DNA of 55,113 nt, filler included, from Catajapyx aquilonaris (lineage: Eukaryota): NCBI GenBank assembly GCA_000934665.2. It is 2 parts of 2 records of this genome, joined end to end, with 100 filler letters (N's around TTAATTAATTAA, not from the genome) between each part and the next. Parts side by side here need not be neighbours in the genome. Positions count along the whole stretch, not along the records: positions 1 to 27,510 come from KZ539275.1; positions 27,611 to 55,113 come from JYFJ02005051.1. One strand, written 5' to 3'. Positions 24,296-35,443 of this stretch are shown here, in pieces; the stretch's first letter is position 1; each line of letters starts with the position of its first letter. A program made the position numbers and the translations under genes. The notes under the pieces are model-generated. The model was not told the DNA's origin. It saw nothing but the letters and a program-made list of their open reading frames with translations, and ran no database searches.

Positions 24296-25872
24296 TACGT
24301 TTGCTACAGGGTGGACGGAAAGTTTCGGAGCCCCCCCAGATTTTGGATTCTAATGTGTCCCCTGCATCTAGGATCTGTTATAGGCAGGTTTCACTCTAAA
24401 AGCAATGTCACTCATAAACAGTAGAGCGCAATAGAGTATGTCACAGCACTATCATGGTAGAGTGCAATTAAATCAGTGGTGGGATGCAATGAAACAATGA
24501 GACTGTAGCAGGGAGCTATTTCAGATATTTTTTTTTACTGATTTTCTTATCAGGGTTAGTGCGTAATGATTTAAAGACTAAAGGCTCTTTCACAAATTTA
24601 GCAGTAAGGCAGCAGGGCATGAAATGGGTGGTTTGGGAAAGGTTTGTGAGAAGCAGCAATTCACAATGGTTTCTTGGTGGGGGTGTATAAGCAGTGGTGG
24701 AATTGTAGGAGTCCAACATGATGGAAGAATTTGAGCAGTTGGGAATCAGTTGAGGAGCTGCCGTCAACAGGATCACAACTGCTCATCAAAATGCACCTCA
24801 TTGGAGATGGTGTTGCTATGATCCTGTGAATCCACTCCTGACCCACTGCCTCCCATTTCTCCAACTGCTCATTTGCTGTCGAATTTGCGAAGCAGCTTTA
24901 AGCAAATAAGTGGAAATTTGCAAGAACCAGCATTTCATGTCTGTGCCAATGAATTGGCATACATGATAATTTCATTCTTCAGACCTCCAGATTTTAGTGC
25001 AGCATGGAAAGTTTACAGCCCACTTTTAGAACAATTTTTCCTCGTCATTTTAAAATTTGCCACTAAAAAATAACAAACCTGCACAGTTGCAGGTGTGGCA
25101 CCCTCTTTCCCCCCCCCTTCTCCCCCTCCTCCAAAACACACAAAGAATCACTCAGGCTAAAATCTAGTAGTGGTTTGTTGAATTAACTGCAGGTTCCAAA
25201 AGAGATGTCCCCACACTGTCTGAAATAGCTCCCAGGCACAGAATATGTTTGATTCTGTCTGCTACCCAAGTAAATTAATATTGAAATAGCCATGGCCCAT
25301 GGGCCTCCTCTAGGTATGGCCAACATGAGTAACTATTCACTTCCAGAAGCATAGTATTTAAGGGGCGATAGCCCCTTAGTAAGACCGTAGCATAGATTTC
25401 AACAATGAATTTCTTCAACATCTTCTTGTTGTTGTTACGCTTTTTTTATTCGCCCTAACTCAAGTTCTGCTGTAGGTAGAGCTTCCAAATTTTGAACACA
25501 GATGCCCACCGTCGTGAAGTGCATTCCTACCATTTACACCTTTACTTAATTCCTCTTCAAAACGCCGCGAAAAATTTAAAACCACCAAATAAACCGTCTA
25601 TATTTTTTTGCTCAATAACTATTCGGAATTCGGTTCCTTCTTCAACGGGCCGAATGCGCAGCGGGATGGGTCGGATCTATGTTCAAAATCTCACAGTTCC
25701 ACCTGCTGCAGGATTGGAGCTGTGATTTTTTTACCTCTTTTTTCTGTCATTAATTCATTTGCTCATAATGCCATCACCTAGAAACGTCAATTCTTGTTTA
25801 CCCACTAGCCATATTGTTATTAGCGAAATACCCTGCCGCTGGTGTGAACGCATTGCACTTATTACAGATTTA

Positions 25873-26287
25873 CAGTTGAATCCGGATATAACAGACTTGG
25901 TTATAAAGGCCGTCCCGGCATGCTTCCATTAGGCACTGTGTATTTGCACTCCTGATGTAACAGACTCATTTTCACCTCACCTCGGGTATAACAGACCATT
26001 TCTTGGACCCTCGGTGGGAAAATATTATTGTCCAGGTATAAAATTTGCAAAAAGGAGACGGCAGAAGGAAATTTCGGAAATTTCGATCCTGCATAATTTT
26101 CGGGTGAGCCAATATTGCACTTGTGACAGATTTCATTAATCGGTATGTAGTCTAGTAGTGCATAGTACAGCTACATTGAAAGCAGAAATTTATGTTTACG
26201 TTGCGTGACGATTCGGCTATAACAGACCTCGGTTATAACATACTTTTTTCGCAGTCTCTTGAAGTTTGTTTTATCCGGATTCAACAG
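25873..26287. mobile_element. pogo/Tigger-like MITE
   Basis: TA-CAGTTGAATCCGGATATAACAGAC...TATCCGGATTCAACAG; repeated TATAACAGAC motifs; second partial copy at about 33612-34060. Confidence 0.7.
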
Positions 26288-27510
26288 TTACTATTAAGCC
26301 CGTTCGCTCCCTGCTCTATAGCCATTGCCAGGTAATACCGGCCAACTCTCAAGCTGATTTAATTATGAAATTATGTTACAATATGCGGAATATCTAACTT
26401 GAGAAATGTGCCAGACTAATATTTGCTGCAATCGTCGCATTTCGCGAAAATTAAAAATAATAAGTTTGGGAGTTTTCAGATGTGACCGAGGGAAGCCACA
26501 CATAGTATTGATTTAATTCTTGTAAAGTTCCACGATTTCAGTAAATTCGGCTGGTTCTCAATGTAGATAATAATTGAAGAGTTGCCCCGAATAATGTTGT
26601 AAGTGACATTGGTGACAGTTGTCTAGTTTTGGTTTCCGCGGGTCCGGGAATTGGAAAAGATACATGTCCTGGGCATTTCCATGCAAACACAGACATACTG
26701 TCCGTTCGTTACGCGGGTTTTGCGGACATGTACTTGCATATTTTATTATAACGTGCCAGACGAACTGATTTGCTGAAATCGTCGCATTTCGCGAAAATTA
26801 AGTACGGTTGGGAGTTTTCAGATCAATCAGATGTGACGGAGGCAAGCCGCAGATAAGTATTGATTGAATTCTTGCAAAGTACCACGATTTCAGCAAATTC
26901 GTCTGGTACAGTTCTCAATGTATATATTCCGCATATTTTAGCGTATAGGCTATTTCATAATAATTAAATCAGACTAACCGTTGGCTGGTAGCACTCGACT
27001 TTCGTTTTTTTTACGACTATCTCTGTGAAAATCAATTTAGGGACTTCTAAGCGACGAAAATCGTCTCCAATGCATTCATAGTGCAGACTGTACAGTGTAG
27101 ACACTGTAGAGCATAAGTTATGTGTACTGTCAAAAAAGAACTGAAATTAGATCAAAAACTTTCCCTTCAGTAAAAAAAACAGAAGTAAGACCTCTGCGGC
27201 GGAATAAAAGTACTGAAACAAGGCAGGCGCACGTAAGACCTTCACCAATTGATTTAAGCTGTACCATAGGTCTTACTCAAGCAATTCTCAAGTACGGTAC
27301 GGAACGGCTCGTAAAATGACTGCTGCAAACTACTCAGAGCAGTATACGTAGGATTTTATTATGAAAAGAAAAAAATGGGGGAAAAACTAAACCCATTCTA
27401 CAGACTTGGTCCAATCGAAAAAGACCCTCTAAACTTCACCTATTAACGTTTATATGTGAAAAATTAAACGTTAGAGTTAAAATCAGCATCTAAAAGAGGT
27501 GACGATTGTG

Positions 27511-27610
27511 NNNNNNNNNNNNNNNNNNNNNNNNNNNNNNNNNNNNNNNNNNNNTTAATTAATTAANNNNNNNNNNNNNNNNNNNNNNNNNNNNNNNNNN
27601 NNNNNNNNNN
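27511..27610. other. Assembly gap with artificial six-frame-stop linker
   Basis: N44-TTAATTAATTAA-N44, exactly 100 bp. Confidence 0.9.
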
Positions 27611-27843
27611 GTCTTGTTGACACTCGTTTCTGGTACGCAGACACCGGACACGAGTGAATCGTCTCCGTATCCCGGAAACTTCTCCGAGAGGTTCTGGATA
27701 TGGCCAGTTGCGTACAGATCAAGGCCGTGCTTCAAAACGGCCGGCCTCAGATACTCTCGCACCAGAATAGGGCTAAAGCCGACGGCAGTAACCACTTGGA
27801 CGGCCCCAGTGGTAATCCCTGCAGAGTTCCTGGAGTCGTCCAT
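27611..27843 (-). mobile_element. N-terminal fragment of a probable DNA-transposon accessory ORF (SWIM/YqaJ-type), truncated by the gap
   Basis: MDDSRN...AVLKHGLDLYATGHIQNLSEK...SLVSGVCVPETSVNK; resemblance to the region preceding the SWIM finger is from memory only. Confidence 0.3.
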
Positions 27844-28747
27844 CCCCCCAAAAAAGTTCGGGGGCACGCCGGGGACACACAAAAACACGCCTCAGTCCGA
27901 AAGCAGCCCGGCATAGACATCTGACATGCCCAAATGTTTACGCCACTGTCCGCCACGAGAGGCGCTACGTGTCAAATTTTTTCCAAACGCACGGTCCCTA
28001 TACCCGATGCCACCAAAATGTTCCTCATCTTACGACAGTTCATTTGATATCATTTATATGAACACTAAACTAACTAGTGAAGCTTGTGATACGTTCTTGA
28101 CCAAAATTTAGTTCGCATTACAAGTTGGGTGCAATACTGCCCTAACCCTTTTTTTCACACGTGGCCACCTTATTTTGTTCATTCTTAGAGTGGGTGGTGC
28201 ATCATCATCATCATAATAGCACATAAATATCCCTTATTAGTGCCTTGTATATTGGGGGAGATATGAAATTTGTCCTAGATGGAAAATGTGATTTATGGGT
28301 CATCTCAAACTTTGAACTTCAGTTTTCTCAAAATCAGGTTTGGGAGGGTTAGGGCAGTATTGCACCGACCCCTTCAATTGTTATAAATGTGGGTGTTTTT
28401 GATTCTTATTAACAGTAACAGTTTAAAAAAAAAAAAAATACAAGTGTATAACTGCTAAAGCAGTGTGGGGCCCCTAAAGTACAACTGTCAAAGGAGCAGC
28501 CCCCCCCCCCTGCCCCCTCCCCTGGGTGGCCCCTTGCCTGTCTTTCACTCCAGGTCCAGTGACACTATGTGCCGGCACTGATGATACATGACAATTCCAC
28601 ATCTTCCTGAGTTTTATTATGCCCTGAGCAGTCAGTCAGCGAACTGGAAGGAATGGTATTCAGATAAGGAGGTGGGTGATACTGTACATGCTTTCATACT
28701 GAAATACTGAAAACTGTCTATAGGCAGTGTAGTACCTTGTTCATGTA

Positions 28748-29318
28748 CGAGGGCCATACTAAATGATTTACAATTGATTTTTTTGCCACAAATACAGTGC
28801 CCGTATAGGTCGGCAGAGTCACATATTATAGATATAATCCTCCTGGAGCCGAATACACAGGAGTCATGGGTGGGAAACCTCTCCATGCCCTCCAAGAACA
28901 ACTTTTTGGAGGTTCGATGCACCCCCTTCCGGACAAGTGCTTACAGTCAACAACGTCCTCGAAATGGCATCAGCGAAGGAGTTTTTAAAATGTATCTGAA
29001 CAGGTGAAAGTCACTGGGGTCCAAGCCGGGTGAGTGCAGCGGGTGTGAAAGCACCCAAACCCAGATCCCTGGAAAAAAACCTTCGCCGACGCCATTTCAA
29101 GGACACAGTTTACGTTGTTGACTGAAAGCAATTGTCCGGTAGAGGGTGCATCGCACCTCCAAAAGTGGTTCCTGGAGGGCCTGGAGAGGTTGACACACCT
29201 GTGGTGGTAGTGCACTCCAGGAGGATTCTATCTATAATGTGTGACTATCTGCCAACCTGTACAGGCACTGTATTTGTGGGAAAAAAATAAATTGTAAATC
29301 ATTTTAGTACTGCCCTCG
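28748..29318. mobile_element. mariner-derived MITE
   Basis: TA-CGAGGGCCATACTAAATGATTTACAAT...ATTGTAAATCATTTTAGTACTGCCCTCG-TA; same family as 51257-54352. Confidence 0.8.
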
Positions 29319-29713
29319 TAGATGGGACACATCATAAAGCACTTTAAAATTAAAATCCAAATATTTTAAATTATCTTTTATTCATTTTTCCAATATGCAT
29401 TCAGACGAATTTGATGGCAAAAATTTTCAGTTCCTCTTATCCAGATGACAAATGACATAAAAAAGTTGGTAGAGACATTTTTCATGCCACTAGTCTTCTA
29501 ATGATAATTTGGGAACTTCTCATACTAAAGCTAGGTCCTCATCAGATGCAATCCGATTTGGGTCATTTCAGAGCTCCATCTTTAAACATTGTAACTATTC
29601 ACACGCAGAGTAGCATCCAGGTTTTGTCTTCTTCTCCTGCAGATGCACCTGCAGGAAAAATGGCAGTCTCAATACATGATTGTAATTATGCAATGTGAAA
29701 GTCAACTCATACA

Positions 29714-30430
29714 CGAGGGTCGGATTTTAAATAGTGACAACACCGCGATAGTTTCAAACGAAAGCTTCAATTAACAAATTTGTCATATACATTCCTTCAA
29801 TATAGTCGTCCCCTCACTCCATGACCCTTTTCCAGACATGTGAGAGGCATTAGATGCCGTCAGCATAGTGATGTTTGTTGATATCTGCAATCACCCGCCC
29901 TAAAGAGTGTACCATCGCTTCAATTCTCTGGATACATTTCTCGCAGTGGTTCCTTCATTTTTGTGAACAAAATAATCAAAATCGCAAGGGGTCATGTCTG
30001 GAGAGTAGGGAGGGTGCAGCAGTGTTTCCTATTGCCAACGAAGCAATAATTCTCTCACTGCAGCTGCGACATGGCAACACGATAGGGCTGCTCATGGGGC
30101 TGGTTTTCAGGAAATACGGTCGTTTGCGTCGTATCGCTGGTCTCATATGGTGTTCCAAGTCGTGGTGGCACTGGGCATTGTCATGGCATCTCGCCACCTC
30201 GATCTTCAACCAAAAGCTCTGTTCTAAATCGATGGCATGGCTTAGGGCGGTGCACGAGGATGCGGTCCTTTTGAACTACCCTGTCACCGTCACACGTAGT
30301 CACAATAGGGTCCAAACTTGACATGAACAAGCCCCACCTCTGCCTGGATCTCCCTTCTTGCGCAGAAACCATAGCCCCGTTTCCGTGCCCCAGGGGAACA
30401 GGGTTGTTACTACTTTTTATCCAACCCTCG
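29714..30430 (-). mobile_element. Internally deleted mariner element
   Basis: CGAGGGTCGGA...TCCAACCCTCG-TA; decayed HDNA, RRKRP and YSPD-M-TPCD motifs on the - strand. Confidence 0.75.
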
Positions 30431-30999
30431 TATATGTGGAAATATAACACACCACTGACTTATCATCTGGCCGAGCGTCTGGCCCTTTGATTGTTTTGCA
30501 GGCTGGACTTTCAGGTTATGGCTAATGAACCACATGCAGTTTTTCACCTTTTCCAGCAGCTATTAATACAAGAGCCATCCACAGTACTTCCATCAGTAAA
30601 AATGTGAACTGGCTTTCTTTAATGTGGCACAATGCTGGAAAAAAACCACTTTTCAACCCGGCACACAGCCAAGCATGATTCTAACTCATAGATGCTGGTT
30701 GCCAGGTTGAATCATGTTCACTTTCACCCCCTCTGGCTGCTTGAGGGTTACAACACAGTTCTCTCCAAGGTTGTATATAATGCAGTATGTATCACTTTGG
30801 CTGCATTAGATGCAGAAGAGTGAAGTACAATGCATTCTATTTTAACAGTTATGGTACTGGCAAAATGATAGTCAGTGGTTTATCACATATTTTCATTAAT
30901 TTCCATAGCAAGTAAACAAGGACCCAAAAAACGATGCAAAAATTTGTTCATGAGTCAAGAGGAAAATGGACATGACGGCGGTTAAGGTTGTGAATTTAA

Positions 31000-31469
31000 C
31001 CCTTAACTACGTAGGTGGAGCCTGAGAGGCTCCAAGCACTATTTAAACGAATGTAACTTTTTCATTAAATTTTATTTTCCCCTGTCCTTCCGTGACTTTG
31101 TCAGAAAAACCTTCCTAAGCATGAAAAGGAAAGAAAAAATTTTTTAGTCCCCATTCTTTGCTTTAAAAAAATTCGTAACGAGGAACAGGTCCCCCCTGGA
31201 ACCGCTCAGTCTCTACCTATGCAGGTGAAGCCTGAGCGGCTCAAACATGATGTAACCTTTTAATTAAAAATTTTTCTCTGTCGGAATATGCTGACTCAGC
31301 GTGTGATTTTTACGTTTTCGGAAGCCTAATGATCTGAACTACACTTTTTGTATGTGAAAAGTCCAATATAACAATTTAGTTGATAAGCAGAAATTTGAAT
31401 ATACCGTTGGAGCCTCTCAGGCTCCACCTACGTAGTTAAAGGTGTTTCGCCCACCTACGTGGTTAAGGG
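31000..31469. mobile_element. piggyBac-like MITE
   Basis: TTAA-CCCTTAACTACGTAGGTGG...CCACCTACGTGGTTAAGGG-TTAA, with a duplicated subterminal repeat at the right end. Confidence 0.85.
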
Positions 31470-31543
31470 TTAATAATAATATCCGGGTAGTGCTAGACCT
31501 CAATCGAGGTGTGCAGTACAGACCTTTATATTACTGTGTAGTA

Positions 31544-31820
31544 ATAATAATAATAATAATGGATACCCCGTGATGAGCCTCCTTGGGCTTTTTAGGGGAT
31601 CATCTTTTTAATTAACCGTCTTTAATCATTGCCTTTGCTGTGATGGATTTTGATAGTGGGAGGAAACGGGAGAACCCCGAGAAAACCCACGCGAACACGG
31701 AGAGAACCCATCGAAACTCTATCCACATAAGTTAGTATCCTCTGTCCGATCCGGGGATCGAACTCGGGACCTTAGAGGTGGAAGGCTGCGGCGCTAACCA
31801 CTCTGCCACCGTGTCGCCCT
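31544..31820 (-). mobile_element. V-domain SINE (tRNA head)
   Basis: Head GGGCGACACGGTGGCAGAGTGGTTAGCGC...GAGTTCGATCCCCGG; V-domain GTTCTCTCCGTGTTCGCGTGGGTTTTCTCGGGGTTCTCCCGTTTCCTCCCAC; (ATT)n tail; 15-bp TSD TATTACTGTGTAGTA. Confidence 0.85.
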
Positions 31821-31864
31821 TATTACTGTGTAGTACTTTACAGTAAAAGGTTGGAACCTTTTTA

Positions 31865-32097
31865 CGAAGCGCCCAGGCCCACGGGCAGGGTGACTGGGAG
31901 GGGATGTGCAATGTCTCAAACGGAACATTTTGTGAACTCCACTGGGTGGGATTAGTCTGTCGGAGATCCCACCCGAGACGAAGCCAGAGACGACCAACTC
32001 TGTACGAGATGAAGGGGGGAGACCCCAGGCTGGGATCGAATCCTGGACCCTTCCATCCGAGGGAGCATATGTTACTGCAGCGGCACTTCCCCTCCCC
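31865..32097 (-). mobile_element. Degenerate tRNA-derived SINE
   Basis: B-box-like GGATTCGATCCC; body shares CCACGGGCAGG..GGGGATGTGCAATG with 13070-13115. Confidence 0.55.
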
Positions 32098-32640
32098 ATT
32101 AAGGATGTGAATATGGACAAGTGTAAGTGGCAAAAGTGCTGTACAAAATGACAGAGGGGCTAGCAACTGGAAGGAGAGGCCACTTTCTTCTCCTTCTCCT
32201 CCTCAGATTCGAGAGTGTGACTGGGCCAGAAGGGGCCATATTGAATCGTGACGTCACGGGGGAAAATTAGAGGTTGTACTAATTCAGTGTGTGAAGAGCT
32301 TACATCCCGAAGCTGGGAATCATGCCGATACGAACGGTGCGCTTTTGCATCTATCCCCGCCCATGCATGAATTCTCCTGCGGGTTTCACTGCTGTGTGTT
32401 GTTGCCTTTACACAGGGAGGAAGTTTAAGCAGGTAAAAACGTGATGGCTTGGTTTTTACTCAAAGGGTGCAACATGCAATGCAGAGCCTTCCCTAATGTG
32501 TTCCTGGTTCTTGATTTACTTGCTGCAGGAGTTTCACAAAAATCTGTGACTTGTGGGATGACCTTTGTGAATGCTACAATCAGAAACAAAAAAAAAAAAA
32601 CCTCACCTGCTTTTTGAGGAAATGTTAGTTTCCCCTCATC

Positions 32641-32736
32641 CTACTCCTGACCCTTGTATTCCTTCAGGTGAACTAGGACCCAGGCAGGAACCATGCAGAT
32701 GCCACCTATGGTCACAGCACCTAAAGCCAGCTTCTC
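32641..32736 (-). CDS. COX8: COX8 exon 2 (TM helix)
   Basis: 31 codons plus TAG; acceptor gttgcag. Confidence 0.88.
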   Translation of the reverse strand, partial: EKLALGAVTIGGICMVPAWVLVHLKEYKGQE

Positions 32737-35443
32737 CTGCAACAACCCAAGAAGTTTGCATTAAACTTGGAACCATTGCTTAGGCTTACCTAGGTAGCCA
32801 CAAATAGAAATTACCAAATTCATCCTTCACTCATGTACTACTATCAGAAGCGCCTTCCCTCAAGGAACAAAAAAAACTTCACTTGACCTGCACAAAAATT
32901 TCAAATCCTTCCTTCATGTTATACCCATACGATAAAAAGATTACCACATAGTATTCAGCGTACAGAAAGGTGTTGTAATTCGCGTATGGTAGCCCCCACC
33001 TCTGACCACCCTGGACACATTTGGGAGTTTTTGTTGCACACACTACAAGTGCTCAATATGAGCACCTTTCGTCACACGACATGATAGTCCAATTCTCTAC
33101 ACAGGCCAGCATGTCTGGTGTGATTGATTCCACAGCAGCAACAATCCTGCGTTTCAACTCTCACAGGCTGGTAGGTAGCCGTGGTACGAAGACCTGGTCC
33201 TTTACATATACCCCCAGAGGAAAAAGTCACATGGGGTGAGGTTGGGAGACCTTGGTGGCCACTGGAGAAAAACCAGATCTTGCTGACCGGCATGTCCGAT
33301 CCGCCGATCCTTGCCCTTGCAAAGGCATCCCGTCGTCTGAAACTTCTGGAACCACCGTTGAATTATTGTAGGGAGGGGCATAACTCACCAGGCCCGTTAC
33401 CAAAGGCGTAAAATGCCACCTTTTAAAAGTCGAATATCTCAGGACTGGCCAGGAAAGGAAGAGAAAAATTTTACCAGGACACTTATGAAAGATCCCAGAA
33501 CCATATCAATTCAACACATACAAATGAAACCCATTTTTGCTCAACTTAAATGCATTAGAATACCTGCTAGGCACAGCCAAAAGACCCCAGGATTTGGGAT
33601 TTTAAAAAATACAGCTGACTCCGGATATAACAGACTTCACGGGACCTTGGAAAAATATCTGTCATAAGCGAGGTCTGTTATAGCCAAATTACCTCTTTTG
33701 CAACAAATACACAACGTTTTCTGCTTTCCATATGCTTATAATGCACACTACTGCACATATTAATGAAACTATCCACAGACATGCAAAATTAGCTCACCCA
33801 TAAATTACGAAGGACCAAAAAAATCAGGAATTTTCTTCTGCCATGACCTTGTTGCCAAATACCAGAGAAAGTATGATTCTGAGTAGCTTAGAACACTGAC
33901 AGATGCGAAAACACCCCCCTCCAGTATGCAGTGCTTTCCTTGCGTGGGAAAGGAAGTTGAATAATCAAAAACGGCACATTTTCCCACCGATGCGATGGGC
34001 CAAAAAATGGTGTTATAGCCGAGGTGAGGTGAAAAGGAGTCTGTGATATCAGGATCTGCAATTTTGGATGCAATATTATGAAAGGCTGCTAAAAGGGATA
34101 GAGTAGGGTTTATGGACACACGGAAGGCAGGAGGGTAGTAGTTGGCAGGGACAGCAGGCTGTGTCGCAAACACGGAGCAGGCAGGCGGACGGGCGGGCTA
34201 TTAACTGCTACTCAGCAGTAGTTATTGCTATGATGCTACTCGCTATTCGCTATCTTGCTCAATAGGGTTGGGAATAGTGCTGTATATGCTGAAGATAGGG
34301 CTGTATCCGCAATGAAGGAAGGTAGGTTAGGTTGGTACAGCATACCCCTTCCCCTCCCCCCCACCACCATCTCGTATGTTTACTCTGAAGAAATGTCTAG
34401 ACGCCTGGTATTTCGGGTTCCAGTTGCGTTTGGCAACTGTACTTCAAAACCCCAGAAATCCCACCCATGCAGTCTTTTTTCCTGGGCAGTCTATAACAGC
34501 ACTCTTGGCATCACTCTTGTGATTCGAATTTGCCTCCTTCTACAGTCCCTGCAACACACATTATCGACGGTTCGTGTGGCAGCCGTAGCAAATGCACCCT
34601 CCGAAAAAATCAATAATTCCCGACCGCACTGCGTTTGCGACACAGCCTGCTGCCCCCGCCGACTACTACCCTCCTGCGTGTCCATAAACTCCTTCTGCTA
34701 AAAAAGCTGCCGAAATCATGTATCACGTTTGCATTTCCACAAGAGTATTTAAAATACGTGATTGTTCTATTGATGGAAACATAATATAATTTTAAATTAC
34801 ATATTGAATAGCCTACTAATAATAGTTAATAATTTAATACTAATTAATCATTAGTAATGAATTAAAGATGAATTAACAATGAGACAACACATTCGAACTT
34901 GATCTGTACTCCAGCCAGGCGCAGCACAGTCCCTGGTAAATGTGCTGCTTCAGGCAGCTTGCCCTGACGCTCCAAGATCCATATTCAGATCAGTTTCCTC
35001 TTATCCATGGTTACCTGCTTTTGTTTCAGGAACCTACTGGTACTAGTCCACTCCCAACAAAAGGAAATACATCACTGGCACTTTGCCTGTTAGAGGGTGG
35101 GGAGGGGGGTGATGGGAGGTTCAGAATACTGCAAGGGAAAGCAGTTCACCATCATCATTTACCCACTAACAGCTCAAGTGTACAATGCACCCTCATTAGC
35201 CCCATCTTCCTAATTGCATATTTGTGTATTTCAGGTGTAAGGCTTTGCCCTTACACCGTATTCTACTTGGCATGTTGTTCCCGGCCGAATGGCTAGGCCC
35301 CCAGTGCAACACCAGACAAACCCCCTCACCATGAAGGCAATCCTGTGTTTGGGTGGGCCGGCGATTGCTGTTCCCCTCGCCGGGACCGTGGCCCTGCAGG
35401 CGGCCTGCGTGGCCCTCAGGATCGTGCCTTGCAGACCCAGCAT
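32641..35443 (-). CDS. COX8: Cytochrome c oxidase subunit 8 (69 aa, two exons)
   Basis: Exon 1 (35443-35330) MLGLQGTILRATQAACRATVPARGTAIAGPPKHRIAFM|gtgagg; exon 2 (32736-32641) ttgcag|EKLALGAVTIGGICMVPAWVLVHLKEYKGQE*. Arg-rich presequence, GPP-x-x-RI-x3-EK motif, TM helix and PAWVLxHxxxYK resemble insect COX8. Confidence 0.88.
32960..33440 (-). mobile_element. Decayed Tc1/mariner-superfamily (rosa/maT-like) transposase remnant in the COX8 intron
   Basis: WPPRSPNLTPCDFFLWG and ..KDQVFVP motifs on the - strand. Confidence 0.6.
34107..34692. repeat. Diverged inverted-repeat element in the COX8 intron
   Basis: GTTTATGGACAC..GGAGGGTAGTAGT..CAGCAGGCTGTGTCGCAAAC versus its reverse complement at 34632-34690. 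Confidence 0.55.
35330..35443 (-). CDS. COX8: COX8 exon 1 (mitochondrial presequence)
   Basis: 38 codons, phase-0 donor gtgagg. Confidence 0.85.

Noticed and set aside
24516..24900. Exon-like - strand stretch
   Set aside because: No frame resembles PACS or any family I recognise.
27555..27566. TTAATTAATTAA palindrome inside the N run
   Set aside because: It is symmetrically padded by 44 Ns on each side and has stops in all six frames, so it is an assembly linker, not biology.
31745..31820. tRNA-like sequences here and near 13610-13683, 20130-20200 and 39540-39608
   Set aside because: They are SINE heads followed by SINE bodies and tails, two with TSDs, not bona fide tRNA genes.
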